A program made the position numbers and the translations under genes. A stretch of 64,000 nt of DNA, from the NCBI GenBank assembly GCA_040954595.2, contig CM082586.2, forward strand, positions 6,558,509 through 6,622,508, in the 5' to 3' direction. This document shows, piece after piece, positions 51,271 through 64,000 of this stretch (position 1 is its first letter; each line of letters starts with the position of its first letter). This stretch comes from Balanoglossus misakiensis. Its lineage: Eukaryota; Animalia; Hemichordata. The notes beneath the pieces are model-generated. The model had not been told where the DNA came from. It saw only the letters and a list, made by a program, of their open reading frames with translations, and did no database searches.

Positions 51271-51577
51271 CCCTCTCTCTTCCCCCCCCCCCTCTCTCTC
51301 TCTCTCTCTAACTCCCTCTCTCTCTCTTTCTCTCTACCTCCCATCTCTCTCCGTCCTCCCCCTCTCTTTTTCTTCCCCCCCTCTCTCTCTCACTCTCTCT
51401 CTTCCCCCTCTCTCCCCCTTGTCCCTCTCTCTTTCCCCCACCTCTCTCTTTTTCACCCCCTCTCTAAATCTCTCCCCCTCTCTTTCCCCCCTCTATCTCT
51501 TTTCTCCCCCTCTCCTTTTCTCTCTGCCCCTCTCTCTCCCCGTCCCCTCCTCTCCGCCTTCCCCACCTCTACCTCTA
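51271..51577. repeat. ~300-bp polypyrimidine/polypurine low-complexity tract
   Basis: Almost entirely C/T on the plus strand. Confidence 0.9.
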
Positions 51578-53147
51578 GGCAGTTCCGCTTTGTGTCTATA
51601 CCCCATCTTTTATGCCTTCAAGAATTACCGTGCATGTATTCAGTTAGCTTTCTTCAAAGTTTCACCAACACGAACAATAATGCCAATTACACATGTACAG
51701 GCTGCGTTGAAAGGCAACAGGGAGTGGGACATGAAGCAGCAGTTGATACAAGGAACAAAAAGGCCTGAAAACCCCAAATTTACAGCTACTTGTCTTGTTG
51801 ATAATGGACGCATGTCTCTATACAAAACGCACGTTGCTCAAGGCTAACGGGGCATTTTGACGACTTCGGACGATGATCGGTCCAGTGACTGATGACCAAG
51901 TACAGTTGTCAGATGATAATAAAAGTAGGCCGGGGTATATAATGCCGCGAGGGGGTCCGTGAAAAGCGGGATTAGCTGCCGATGTGTGCTTATGACCACA
52001 GACGTTTGATCGGCTTCATCCGGGACACCGAAGGGGTGATGAGGCAGGCAACCGTGTAGTCATCAAAGTCAAATTCAGATTCAGATTCAAGAAGGGGGAT
52101 AGGCGAACTCTATCTTAGCATTCGTGATTTTTCTCTCGGTAATTTTCCATCACCACAGACACTTCGAACTTTTAAAAAAAAGTTTGGTTTAATGACTCAC
52201 CCGATACGAGAAGAGTCACTTCAGGAGTCTATGAGTTGTGAGATGCTCTGTTTCAACAGGTTTCGGTCAAACGGTCGCATTACACAATAACCTTTTGTCT
52301 TCTTCGCAAATAAAATGCCGGCAATAGTTATTTCTGTCATCGGCTCCAAACTACTAAGTAATCGATTTCTCCCTTGATACTTGATAATTGCCATTAAAAT
52401 CTGCTGGCAACCCGCATTGCCAAGGTTGTAAAAAAACACTCCTTGGTTTCGAAGTCGTTCTGTTTGTTCAATTAGATGCTACCGAAGTTTAAAGTTTCAA
52501 CATGTTTTATGGTGCCTTTGAAAGTTACCGAGTTATTTGACCCCCTCCACCCCCCACCCTAGCCCGCTCTACCCTTCTGCTAAACGGCAAGATGCGTTGA
52601 ATAGTCTACAAATTCGGACGCTGAAAGCGTAGGCAAAGTTGACCGGAAAATCTCATCACCAATAAGACATAAAGAAACTTTGCTTTTTTGTCCTCTGCAC
52701 CATCTGACAACCCCCCCCCCCAAAAAAAATCCCCCACCCACCCACCCTCCAGAAATCAAACGGTTCTCCCCTTACATGTCCATCTACACGTCAACTGATA
52801 CTGGTCATTCTGTTGGACTCGCATCTCTCAAAAACCCACTCTCTTCGAACACTCAATGAAAATTGATAATACACCCATCATGGATTTTTATTGCGACTTC
52901 TGGGGCAATAAAAGTAGCCAATTAAACTAATTCTTAAGAAAGAAAAATAAAACGTGACGGTCACTCTTTAATAGAGCGTGTGGTGATTTATGACACATCA
53001 TTGGCTAGTTTGCCGGCCGAGCGACAAAGACTGACAGACAAAGAAGTGGACTCCATTGTTTCTTTGGGCCCTTTCCCTTGAAAGGCGGCATATCGCACTG
53101 TGTGCCATTAACAAGGGGCACATATCGCACCACGAAAACACAAGTTA

Positions 53148-53360
53148 GGGGGTAACCATATGATTTCTGGAGGGAGGTGGCTGGGGGACTTTTGGGGGAG
53201 AAGATTGTTCTCAGAATGTGCGGAGGAAAGATTTTTTTTTCTTCAATGTCTTGAGAGTAGGACTGCCTTAGAAAACAATTTGCTGTAACATTAGCTGACA
53301 ATTTTTTTTATCTGACATACCCAAATCCCCCATCCCTCCAGAAATCAAATGGTTGTCCCC
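53148..53360. mobile_element. MITE, PIF/Harbinger-like
   Basis: 28-bp TIRs GGGGGTAACCATATGATTTCTGGAGGGA and (reverse complement) GGGGACAACCATTTGATTTCTGGAGGGA, with TTA on both flanks. A second right end of the family lies at ~52745-52773. Confidence 0.75.
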
Positions 53361-53630
53361 TTAGCATCGGAAAGTACTTGACGTGTTTTGTGAGGACCGT
53401 TTTGTGTGTATTGTATGCGAAGCAGACAGTGTGTCTTCACTTGTCAGTGAATTGAACGATAGTCTGTGAAGTTCATAATAAAAAGGGGTTTACAAGAGCT
53501 TCAATTCACACCACTCTCCGCTTGGATTGGTGACGGAAAATATCGGTTGCCACTAATTTCATCAACACACAGTGATCTATTTAAATCTAATATTTGTTTC
53601 TATTGTAATAATTTAGATGATATATAATAA

Positions 53631-53710
53631 TGAGTGAGTGAGTGAGTGAGTGAGTGAGTGAGTGAGTGAGTGAGTGAGTGAGTGAGTTAATGAGTGAGTT
53701 AATGAGTGTG
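53631..53710. repeat. (GAGT)n microsatellite
   Basis: Visible run. Confidence 0.9.
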
Positions 53711-54631
53711 GTTGAGCGAGTGCGCGTGCGTGTACATGAGCGGATAAATTGATGTACACATTCTAACAATATATAATACTATTTCGATAACTTTTAGGAA
53801 ACGCTTTTTGTGAGATAGTGACACGTGATCAAACTGTTACAGACTGCAACAGTTCATAGTTTAAATTCAAGACAATAAAATTAGCTTTGGAAACTGTCGT
53901 TCGAACCATGCTTAAACTGCCACGCTTTGTGTATCCACCATGGTCATTTGCATATTAGTAAAAACTAAACGAAAAATCTCGGGAAGCGAAAGGTAACTGA
54001 CCGGAGTGACTTTTTTTACCGGTACCAGGAGAATTGTTAAGCCGTGAGTTAGCATTGGAACTTCACAATAACGAAACCCCAGGAAACAAGTATTAACATC
54101 TGAATCTACTGACACCCCATTAAAGCTTTTTATTCCCTGGCATTTTATAATCCTTCCCTCGTCAATACGCTATTATGATAACCATATTTCATTTTGACTG
54201 CGGGTCAGGTTCACTGTTAAGGTTTATTACGGTGCAATTATTTCAACTCAAGATGGTTCTAGTTTCAATCCAGCATGCCCTGCAGGCAACTGGGTTTTTT
54301 TGTAGTCTTCAACTTAATCATACCCGTGCATTTGGAGGCGACCGCTTGGCAGAGCGTTCATGATTAGTCTGCCGGTCAGATGTTGTACGGACATAATGTT
54401 GACGACATGTTTTTACGACTCATGTGGCACGATATGCCAGAGCGCGACAATTTCAACCCAGACCTAAAATCTCGAAGTGAATTTCATCGAGGAGTCAGTG
54501 AATAAGAGACAACGTAACGGGAAACATTTATTGTTTTTCTGTGAGAACAACGTCAACAACCAAAACATTTGAACTCACACTATCAAACAACAGAAAGGGA
54601 ATAAATTCGTCGTTTTTCATGTTGAAGACTG

Positions 54632-54810
54632 GAGACCTTGCGAGATCTCGCGTGGCTAGGCAGTTTATACCGGAGAACATTCTCCTATGACACATGCATG
54701 TCAAACGGTACAAAACCTACAATTTCAGTCAAACTCTGCACCTATTCTATTTTCATAAAAAGCTTGATTTATATTGCTTGGCTAGCAACAGTCTCGCGAG
54801 ATCTCGCAAG
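54632..54810. mobile_element. MITE-like element with a 16-bp inverted repeat
   Basis: cttgcgagatctcgcg (54637-52) and its exact reverse complement (54795-810); the left part recurs at 1839-1876. True boundaries are uncertain. Confidence 0.6.
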
Positions 54811-55677
54811 AAGCGAAAAATCGTCCATTTGACCATACTGCACCGTCTTCATCCGCCACCGTGCTGACGTCACTATTAATTCCATTATTGCGCTGTAAGT
54901 GGTGACTCTATCCCATATAAATCACACTGTGCTCTCCATCTCTCTATGCAGATTTCTATCACACATCTGCTTTCGTAGATTTTAAAATGAGTTTTAATAT
55001 TTCATAATGACCAGAAACTGGCACGTTTCGTTACGAGATAGAGCACAAAACTATAGTTTAATGGCTCTCAATTGGCCAAGTTATCCATCTTACAATTTCA
55101 GTAGTACAATGAAAAGGAAACGTGAAGAATAAAGAGGACGTCACATTGATCGATAACGTTTAAAATGTACACACATGATGGATGGATGAATCGATAGGTT
55201 GTGATAAGGTATTAATATTTGTAAGCCGAGAGATAGAAACGTGGATAAATTTGCTGATTATCATGATTACTGCAAACGCGTCCTATACCTATATAAGTGT
55301 TCCTGCAACTGGTTCAGTATAACAGTAATCATATCTTGGTTAAATTTGACAATTATGATTTGCAGTTTTCCCCGCGTTGTGACAAAGCTTTCAACAATGG
55401 ATGCTGATGGTAATTAACTGCCAATTATTCCCATCTTTGAAGTTTGAGACAAGCTCCATTTCAATACCAATGTTTTGTTTACCACGGAACAAAGCCGGGC
55501 ATTAATGAGAAAACAAAAACCGGCCAATTTCCTTCTAAATCTCTTCATTGTCAAGTAAATGTCCATAACAACTTTAGCCGCCGGCAAATCTCGACAAAGG
55601 AAACCGAATCATAATATACTCTCACTTTGTATCGATTTGTAACTTCTCGATTTTCTTGAATCGTTAACAGGTGCGCC

Positions 55678-55678
<1 letters not shown>

Positions 55679-55775
<97 letters not shown>

Positions 55776-55818
55776 GTTGTGGTGGTGGTGGTGATGGTGA
55801 TGATGATGATGATGATAG
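55679..55818. repeat. (TGA)n microsatellite
   Basis: Visible run; source of the poly-H/M ORFs. Confidence 0.95.
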
Positions 55819-58800
55819 TGAAAGAAAGTCACGTGACTAAAAATACGAAATTCTCCTCTCCAAAGCATTACAGGACCCTGTAAAATTGTTCTCGTACCGT
55901 TGGTAACATTCAACCAACCAACCAACCAACCAAACAATACAAACCAAAATCAGACGGTTATTGTGTCGATCGTTTCATAGCGTTACGTAACTGACTTCAA
56001 ACCGCTACCCTGCGTTCTCCGCTTGAAATTAAACGAAACCATTTATCGCCACAAGTAATTACTGGGCCGAATCGACTTACAAGGGGGAGTCTAATACATT
56101 TATTCTGAAACACGAATTGACACGTTATTCTATACATAATAAATTGGACAATTTAGGTAAATTAACTCACGTAAATTGATAGCAAATATATTCGATATAT
56201 GTCATGATTGAGACAATAAAACAAGTGTATCTGGCACCGTAATTAATATGAAAAAGTGGCGTTATTTGAAGAATTATTTTACTGTATCACTGCCCATCTG
56301 CCTGCCTCTTAGCTGTCTTTATATCTCTCTATTTAGAGCCTATCTATATCTATCTGCCTGGCTGTCTGTTTTAGAAATGTTTTATTACTATACATGTACA
56401 TGTATACTGCCATATTTGGTGCTGTACACAGCAGTCGTATCACACGATTGAATGGTGGTGTTTTATTACGAATGACTGTAACCTGGTAACTTTTAAACGC
56501 GTTTCCCCCTTTCCCAATAGTATTCATACTAATTTAGATTGTCAATTGCAAGGAATATTAATTTCTTTAACCACTGAGAAGTATGCTCCAAACTTGAAAG
56601 TTTTCAACAATAGACGGGGTTAATTCTAAGAGGTTTACTCGCCATCTTTAATCTTCTTTTTTGAAAAGTAAGTTACTGCACTATGTTTCCAGACAGCCTT
56701 AGAGGAAATGTCTACCATTCAATTATCAATCTACTACGAGGAGTAGAATCATGACTTGCAATCGGGGTGAAATAGAGATGGTCAGTTCATCTAGACGTAA
56801 TTTACAACCTGGACAAAGATGATTTCAAACTCGATAGATTACAGAACTTCTGAGTGGCTCGGTAACACAAGTACTGGGAGCCTACAATAAACCTGCAACG
56901 GATGGTGTCTTATGCACCTGTGTATTCAGACCATTAGTGCAGAGACCCTGAAGAACAGGTGTATGATTAGTCGTAGTTTCTGACAACAATTATTTACCAC
57001 TAAACCAAACACACACGGCTACATTACTGAGAAATATTAACAAGTCTTATGTTACGGTTTCAGTGCAAATGTCCAGGAATCAAGACTCTTAAAAAGACAA
57101 CAGTTAGTGGTTTCCTCTATGTCTATTTACCTTACATTCATACTTTACATTGACAACAGAATACCGTTAACTACATTTTACCTTTGTCTAACAGAGACAA
57201 ATATCGTCGGAGGTATTGTCGTAGGCCTTGAGAGCAGCCTTAATATGAAAAGGATGGGGCCAATCATTGGAGTGTGTCAAACACGGCGGACAATCCCGGG
57301 TCTAATTGGGGCGATGTAACACTGCGTGATGTCATTGTCGGCAGAAATTCTCGTCCATGTCGTGCCAATCATGACATCGTGTCAACAACCGTGTCACCAA
57401 GGTCGACGGTCGCCGCCGGGGGTGTCACGTGAAGTTGGAATTCGACGGTGTGGCTTCGTGCCACCGAAGAAGGAGTTGGGTTGATGCGGACGATTGCGTG
57501 ATGGGGTGAGGGCCTACAAAGCCTCCGCTCGTTTACATGTATACGGGACGGGGTGTCGACGTACGTTGACATGATGACGTCATCGCGATTCGTTTACATC
57601 GCCCCCCCCCCCTCCTCCCATTTCACTCAACCCTGAGGGCTTGAGATACTGGACGTGTGCTCCTGAGGGACCGTTGCGTCACACTTCGAACAATAAAGAA
57701 CAGCAATGCAAACAGTGGGTGCAGGTCATCAATGTCCTTTCTACCAATAGCCCTTTGCTGCTTCTTTCATTCATGACTTGTTGTTCCCGCTGTCCTGCAC
57801 CTGTTTGAGCGTTTGTGTGAAAACACAAACGATTTGTTTGTTGGATCTATTTGACGACCATAAGAAAAGTGAGGCTACAGTCAGTCACCACTCTTTCGTG
57901 GGATAAGAAAAAGTATGGAATATTCGCGTCATGTCTTTTATAATTTTAGCTCTCGTCAGTTCTACTTCCTTTGTTTGTTTGCTTACTTGCTTGCCTGCGT
58001 GATTGATTGATTGATCGATCAATTGATTGATTTGGCTTTGCGAGTATGCTGGACGTAGTCATGGCCGCCCATGCGACAGCCCTGGCACGCGGTCCAAAGT
58101 TTGGGAAAGAAAATCCATTTAGAGACCCCCAAATGCCCTGAAATTCGCACCAAAATCCGGGCCAGCAGAAATATGGGACTCGCTGAGTTAGGGGTGGCAC
58201 ATACTCATTCGGTGGAGGCCATGGGTCCGCCTCTTGCCAATGAGAGATTGGTTGGTGCACCAGACAAGAAAGAGATGGACTATGTGTAGTTCTTATAACA
58301 AATTGATCTTGAAGTTTTACAAAGGGGAGCACAGCTGGACGAACTGTCATCTACTACTAGCGGGACCTGTTTATCCACAAGGATGATAATGAGCATTGGT
58401 ACTATACGTTGGATGACATATTAACTGGCTTACCTTGTGTAACATAGACTCGTGAAAGCACACCCGGGTTTTCCAGTGGGTGGTTGTTTTACACGTGACG
58501 GAGATTGCAACAGGTCACAGTGACCGTATAAGAACCGTCCACGAAGCACATCCAAGCCTTCTCATATATCTGTTGGCCCATCCAAAGGACAGGAAGAATT
58601 TACTTGGCTGAAAGTTTCCTCGTCTTTTTCACATGTGTAGTGTCTTGCTCGGAAACTGTGATCACGCATAGACCCTAGAGAAAGATCAAGTGACCTTGTA
58701 AGTTGCAGATATTGAACCCCCCTGGTCGGGGAAATAGCACGACGTTGACAGATTGTTTAATTGCATACGATCAAAGGATAAACCGACCAAACAAACGGCG

Positions 58801-59805
58801 CTCTCCCCCCCCCCCCAACTATTTTTACAAACTTTTTCTCGTGTCTCACCTATTGTATTAAATTTCCAAGACGCACGTTATGATAAAATATTGAACTGTC
58901 ATTCTGATAAATTCGCGCCGTTTATAAATAACTTCCGGTCGGGATGCGTGTCGACGCGGTATTGTTTTTGTTGAGACGCTTGTGTCGGATAATGTTTCAC
59001 TGACGATTAGATAATCAACGAGACTTTGAATGGCGTTGATATGTAAACCCGTGTACGGTCAACCCACACGGCAAAAACAAAGTTTACGTGTTGAATAACA
59101 TACTTTAAGAAAATGTACAAGTGAAACAGAGCCGAGGCTTTGCTCAGAAAATAGAATTTCCGAACTTCACCATGTCGCATGTCGACGCTTTTTGCGGTAA
59201 ACCTTGTCGTACTTTTTTACTACGACAGACACCAGTGTAAATACTACTCTTCCACGTGTATGGTTACGTTTTGGCGCGAAGAAAAATCTAACGCGTTACG
59301 TAACTGTTGACAGAGCCCACGAATCGTGACGTATGCGCCGTCCATGTTGACAGACATTTGAATTTACAGAATGATTTGCAGTACATTGCAAGTACGGTCT
59401 TGAATTCAATCGACAAGAAGAGCAGCCTTCATGGGTGGGTCAAGTGTTTCAGTACAGGCCCACAGAGTGCGGAATATTATAAATTTGAAGTCGGTAGACT
59501 AAGCGGGAGCAGTAAAATAATAAAAACCGTCAAAAATACCACTTTCTCTTTGCTTCTCACCGACAGACCCCCATATAAATTAGTTATTTTCGTCAAAGCT
59601 TTTGTCAAAGCCCAAAGTCAAACAGGGCCGTAGGGTTCATCTACTCGACAACCTTCAGGCCTCAGGCCGCTCATCGAATCGCCACCCCCTTGATATTGTT
59701 TCCAGGGAAAGTGTTTATTCAACGACGTATCATGTTTTATGCAGCCCTCTGTAGTAAGCGAAACCTGGATGACAACAATACCTTCACTGCGCTTGCCAAT
59801 CACTG

Positions 59806-59871
59806 TAGCTGTGCGTACAGGTCTGTGTTCCCGTGTAACGCCGGGAACACACAGACCTGAACGCAGAGCTA
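59806..59871. mobile_element. 66-bp palindromic hairpin element (TAGCT...AGCTA)
   Basis: tagctgtgcgtacaggtctgtgttccc...gggaacacacagacctgaacgcagagcta is self-complementary; related copies at 4424 and 10670. Confidence 0.7.
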
Positions 59872-61649
59872 TATCAGCTGTATAGCGTTATGCACCATCA
59901 TTATACTCTTTCCTCATATCCCATCTCGACAGATTTACAAGAACACCGAAGACCAAGCAAAGCCGGGACCTATATTTGTATATCCACAGCTGATGCCATC
60001 GTGCGACTGATGGTGGTGATTTATTATTACGCAACGCGGTGGTGTTCATGTACAACATCTGAATTTTAATACCAATACAGACATTCTGCACGGACATATA
60101 AATAACTTATGTTCTGTTACAGTGTTATATCATTCACACAAAGGCGACGATCACACTCTACTGTTTTAATTGTTACGGTATTGAACAGCTGCTCATGAGA
60201 TTAATGACCGCCAATCTGCGCCAAGTGCCACGCATTTTCGCTGTATCGAATTTGATCTGAACTATTTGTATCCATCCATCCACCCAACCACCCACCCATC
60301 CATCTATCCATTTATCTAAAGTATCCATTCATCTGTGTCGGTCTGTCCTATGTACATGTATCTATGTATCTGTCTGCCTGTCTGTCTATATGATTGATAT
60401 ATAATTATTTATTACAGATTTATATAAAATAATTATTTTTAACAACTGAGGACCTTCAATATTCATTTTAGAAAGAAAATATCGCCGATTTTAATTTCAG
60501 TCAGAGCCATATGGCGAGCTCGTATTGTGATGACGTAACCAACTAAATGCAAGCAATATTTAAGAGGGGATAATTTGTGCACGAAAAAAACTATACACAA
60601 TCAGAACCTAAAGCTGTGTCTATTCAAATGCAACGAGAGTAGTTTTTTCCGCTAATCCGAACGCGATGTCCATTTCAGCGTCTTAGTTACCACGGTTACA
60701 GGGAGTGCGTATAATCGTATGAAATGTGCAATATGAGTTGAAACAACAGAGCGGAATGAAAACCGATGTAATGGGCACTTATAGACACTATCAGGCTAAT
60801 TTCACTGAATGCTCATTAGATGTGTGATTTTGAGTCTAATTACATTTGTATCGCTAAACCGCAAACGCCGTTGGATACCGCACAGGATATGAAATATTGA
60901 TCAATCTACGCTCACCCCTTTTTTTGCCCTTTTCGCGGAACGTCATCACAAAGTTTTGCTTTCAGGACTTCAAGGATTTCATTTACATGTGCGTCAATTT
61001 AATCGGTGTTTTTCCAACTGCAATTATAGCCGTTTCCGGTGTTGTCTTTTCTTTCCTGATATTCAACACATATGTTCATCTCCCGTCCCCCTCTCTCTCT
61101 CCCTCCCCTCCCCTCCCCTCTCTCTCATGTCTTGAATTGGAGATTGGTGGGGCGGAGCCCGGCAGTGTAAACGACGCAACAGTTTATTTCATGCATTTTA
61201 ATCCAACAGGATAGAATAGATTGTATTTCAATTCCGCTACCGATTCATGATAAGCCTATATTCTCCATTCCTCATTAATAACACAATGGTTAATTATACA
61301 TGCGCAACAATATGGTGACAGTCGTTCTATTTCCAATGAAATCTCTTCAAGCCACCGGTCGATTTTTGTCACAGCTACCGCGATTGCTGATGTTTGTATT
61401 ATCATCTAGCCGGCGGTTGAAACTAACAATATTGAAAAACATAATTAACGGGCGATCGGAGGAAAGACATCCGACGACACAGCGACGATCCATATTCATG
61501 GGAATGTGAAGCCCATGTCCAACTATTCCCTTTCCAGTAAAAATTAAACTTCAAATTACATGTAAATGCTTATTTTATTTTGAAAAAAAAAACTTCACTT
61601 GCAAACACTGATGTGTTTGTCAACCCCCAGCACATTTCATTTTTTCCCT

Positions 61650-61820
<171 letters not shown>

Positions 61821-63604
61821 TTTACCTATTAGTATTTAGTATATCTGGCAGACAGACGGACGGACGTTTTAGTGGTGTTATGCAGGGATTACGACATTTT
61901 GGGGGAAAAATCAATAATACCCGCATCGTCGCTAATCTGGTCTCCGGATTACAAGAATACAACAGAAACCAGCGTCCACGTGAGCGTCGACGCTTGCGGC
62001 AGTTGTTACGAGTTATGCTGGCAGGCTGTGCGGGTTCATTAACGAGACGAAAGTATGTAACTGTCTTGTTTATGAGTGACACCGTTTGAAGTTCTTCCTA
62101 GACGTCCATAAACAGGTTTAATCCCTTTTTTCTTGCAAGTTCCCTCGGCGACAATCTTACCGTATTGAGTGCATCCCACATGGTCACACTTTGTCCGTGA
62201 GATCGCCCATTGTTTTATCTGTCGCGTCACATTTTTACACCCGTATTCAATTTGACAAGAAAAAATAATTTGAAGAAGATCTGCTCTTGTTCAAAATCTT
62301 TTTAACTACTGGCCCATCCATCCCTATTGAAGGGACTCCAAACACCGGATGGTTCTGACTATATAAACTACAGTTGTATTACCCCAGCAGGATTATTTAT
62401 CGGACTTGCCCGCATTTTGTCAAAACCAACACAAGTGCCACGATAATTACTCTCTCGGATTCGGCGGATAAACTGGCATTTGAACCTATAATACCATCTC
62501 ACGACAAAAAAGACACACGTGATTTGCGTCCGTCCTTGTCTACCCGCACATCTCTTTCCTTCAAAAACTTCCAGTTGTGTTTTTTTAGTTAATTGGGTTT
62601 AGAATTCAACGTCATTGTCACCCACGTTCACGTCATGTCTTGAAACCAAGAAAGTCAACAAGAATGGATTTTTGATAAAAATTATCATAAATTGGACATG
62701 CGTTGAAACTACTACAGCAGCATGATTATCACTCTCGCGGGTATTGAAAGAATTTTTGATTATTTCCACTTAATTTACCAAAAAAAAGTGGCTTGCGTTA
62801 TTTTAACAGATTACGTCATTTTAAATTTAAGTCTCATGATTCCAAGCGCTTATCTCGAGCGCAGTTTTAATAAACACACATAGGAAACGTTTTAATAGTC
62901 GATGGAAGGATTGCGATATGTCTGCTGATAAATTTCTAATTACCACATAAAAATACACGTGAAATGTATCCATATTTATATTGATGCGTTTGTTTTGCGA
63001 TGATAAAACCGTATATTACATCGCTTATCTGAAAAATCGTAATTACCGAGGTCTTTAGACTTGTCAGTCCGCGCTAAGCACAGTGGGAGAGGTATTGGTC
63101 ATCGTTAATCCGTTCGAGGTGACAATTGGCGAAAAACGCAATTAGCTGCGGCGGAGTAAATGGACGGTGCGGTGGCGGCAAAAAAGGGGCCGTGGATGAA
63201 TAAAGGCCACGGGAAATGAGAATATGCAAAGCGATTGATACTTTCATTAAAATTGTCTTCCTGGCAATTAATAGTACAATAATTATTGACTCGGGGTAAT
63301 TATTTCCAATTCCCGACAGAAACGGCCGATGTAATTATGGAGTGGCGTTTGCCGTCGCGTCACAACTTTCCTCCAGCGGTGACTCATTGGTCAGTCCTTT
63401 CAACGTGGAATCACAAAGATATACGTGTCCGTACATTAATATGCTCTGTGTACGGACAACCTTCCATTCTTCTGATTAAAAGGGCTTTTCATACAACCTC
63501 TTGAGTGTGTTTCAATCTAGTTTTTGTCATGCTGCTGTTGTTGTTAATGGCGGTGGTGATGATGATGATGATGTTGTTGTTGTTTGGTTGTTGTGATTGT
63601 AGTA

Positions 63605-63842
63605 TACACATACATACATACATACATACATACATACATACATACATACATACATACATACATACATACATACATACATACATACATACATACATACATA
63701 CATACATACATACATACATACATACATACATACATACATACATACATACATACATACATACATACATACATACATACATACATACATACATACATACATA
63801 CATACATACATACATACATACATACATACATACATACATACA

Positions 63843-63871
<29 letters not shown>
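63605..63871. repeat. (CATA)n microsatellite
   Basis: Long perfect run. Confidence 0.95.
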
Positions 63872-63873
<2 letters not shown>

Positions 63874-64000
63874 TGAAAAACAGGGAGAGAGAGATAGAGA
63901 GAGAGAGAGTGAGTGAATACGAAAAGCAAAAGTTTACGATGGCGCACCTCAACCCAATGCCATTCATTTATCTTTGTCATATGCATATTATAATCTTTGT

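Noticed and set aside
51217-51847. 183-aa and 142-aa Ser/Pro/Leu-rich ORFs
   Set aside because: They arise from the stop-free polypyrimidine tract.

Overview
Eukaryotic (animal) genomic DNA with GT-AG introns and many microsatellites, probably a marine invertebrate such as a non-vertebrate deuterostome (inferred from gene content, not verified). Four complete spliced genes can be rebuilt by hand with consistent intron phases. (1) A 12-exon SLC6/NSS Na+-dependent transporter on the minus strand (105-7009). (2) A DED-NACHT-LRR NOD-like receptor on the plus strand (9833-13768). (3) A second, divergently oriented 12-exon SLC6/NSS paralogue (14872-21550). (4) A SNAG-domain transcriptional repressor with 8 C2H2 fingers, related to the Gfi and Fez families, on the minus strand (25052-40032), followed by about 24 kb with no recognisable coding sequence. 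Also present: a solo LTR inside a (TATG)n tract, several MITE or palindromic elements, and many simple repeats. The most notable observations are a hairpin repeat that supplies the NLR's DED-exon end and splice donor, prokaryote-like transporters with an Asp in the TM6 ion site flanking the NLR, duplicated decoy splice acceptors in both transporter genes, a possible SNAG-less isoform, and two miR-9 8-mer sites in the zinc-finger 3'UTR. No rRNA, tRNA or CRISPR array was seen. All alignments are by eye.
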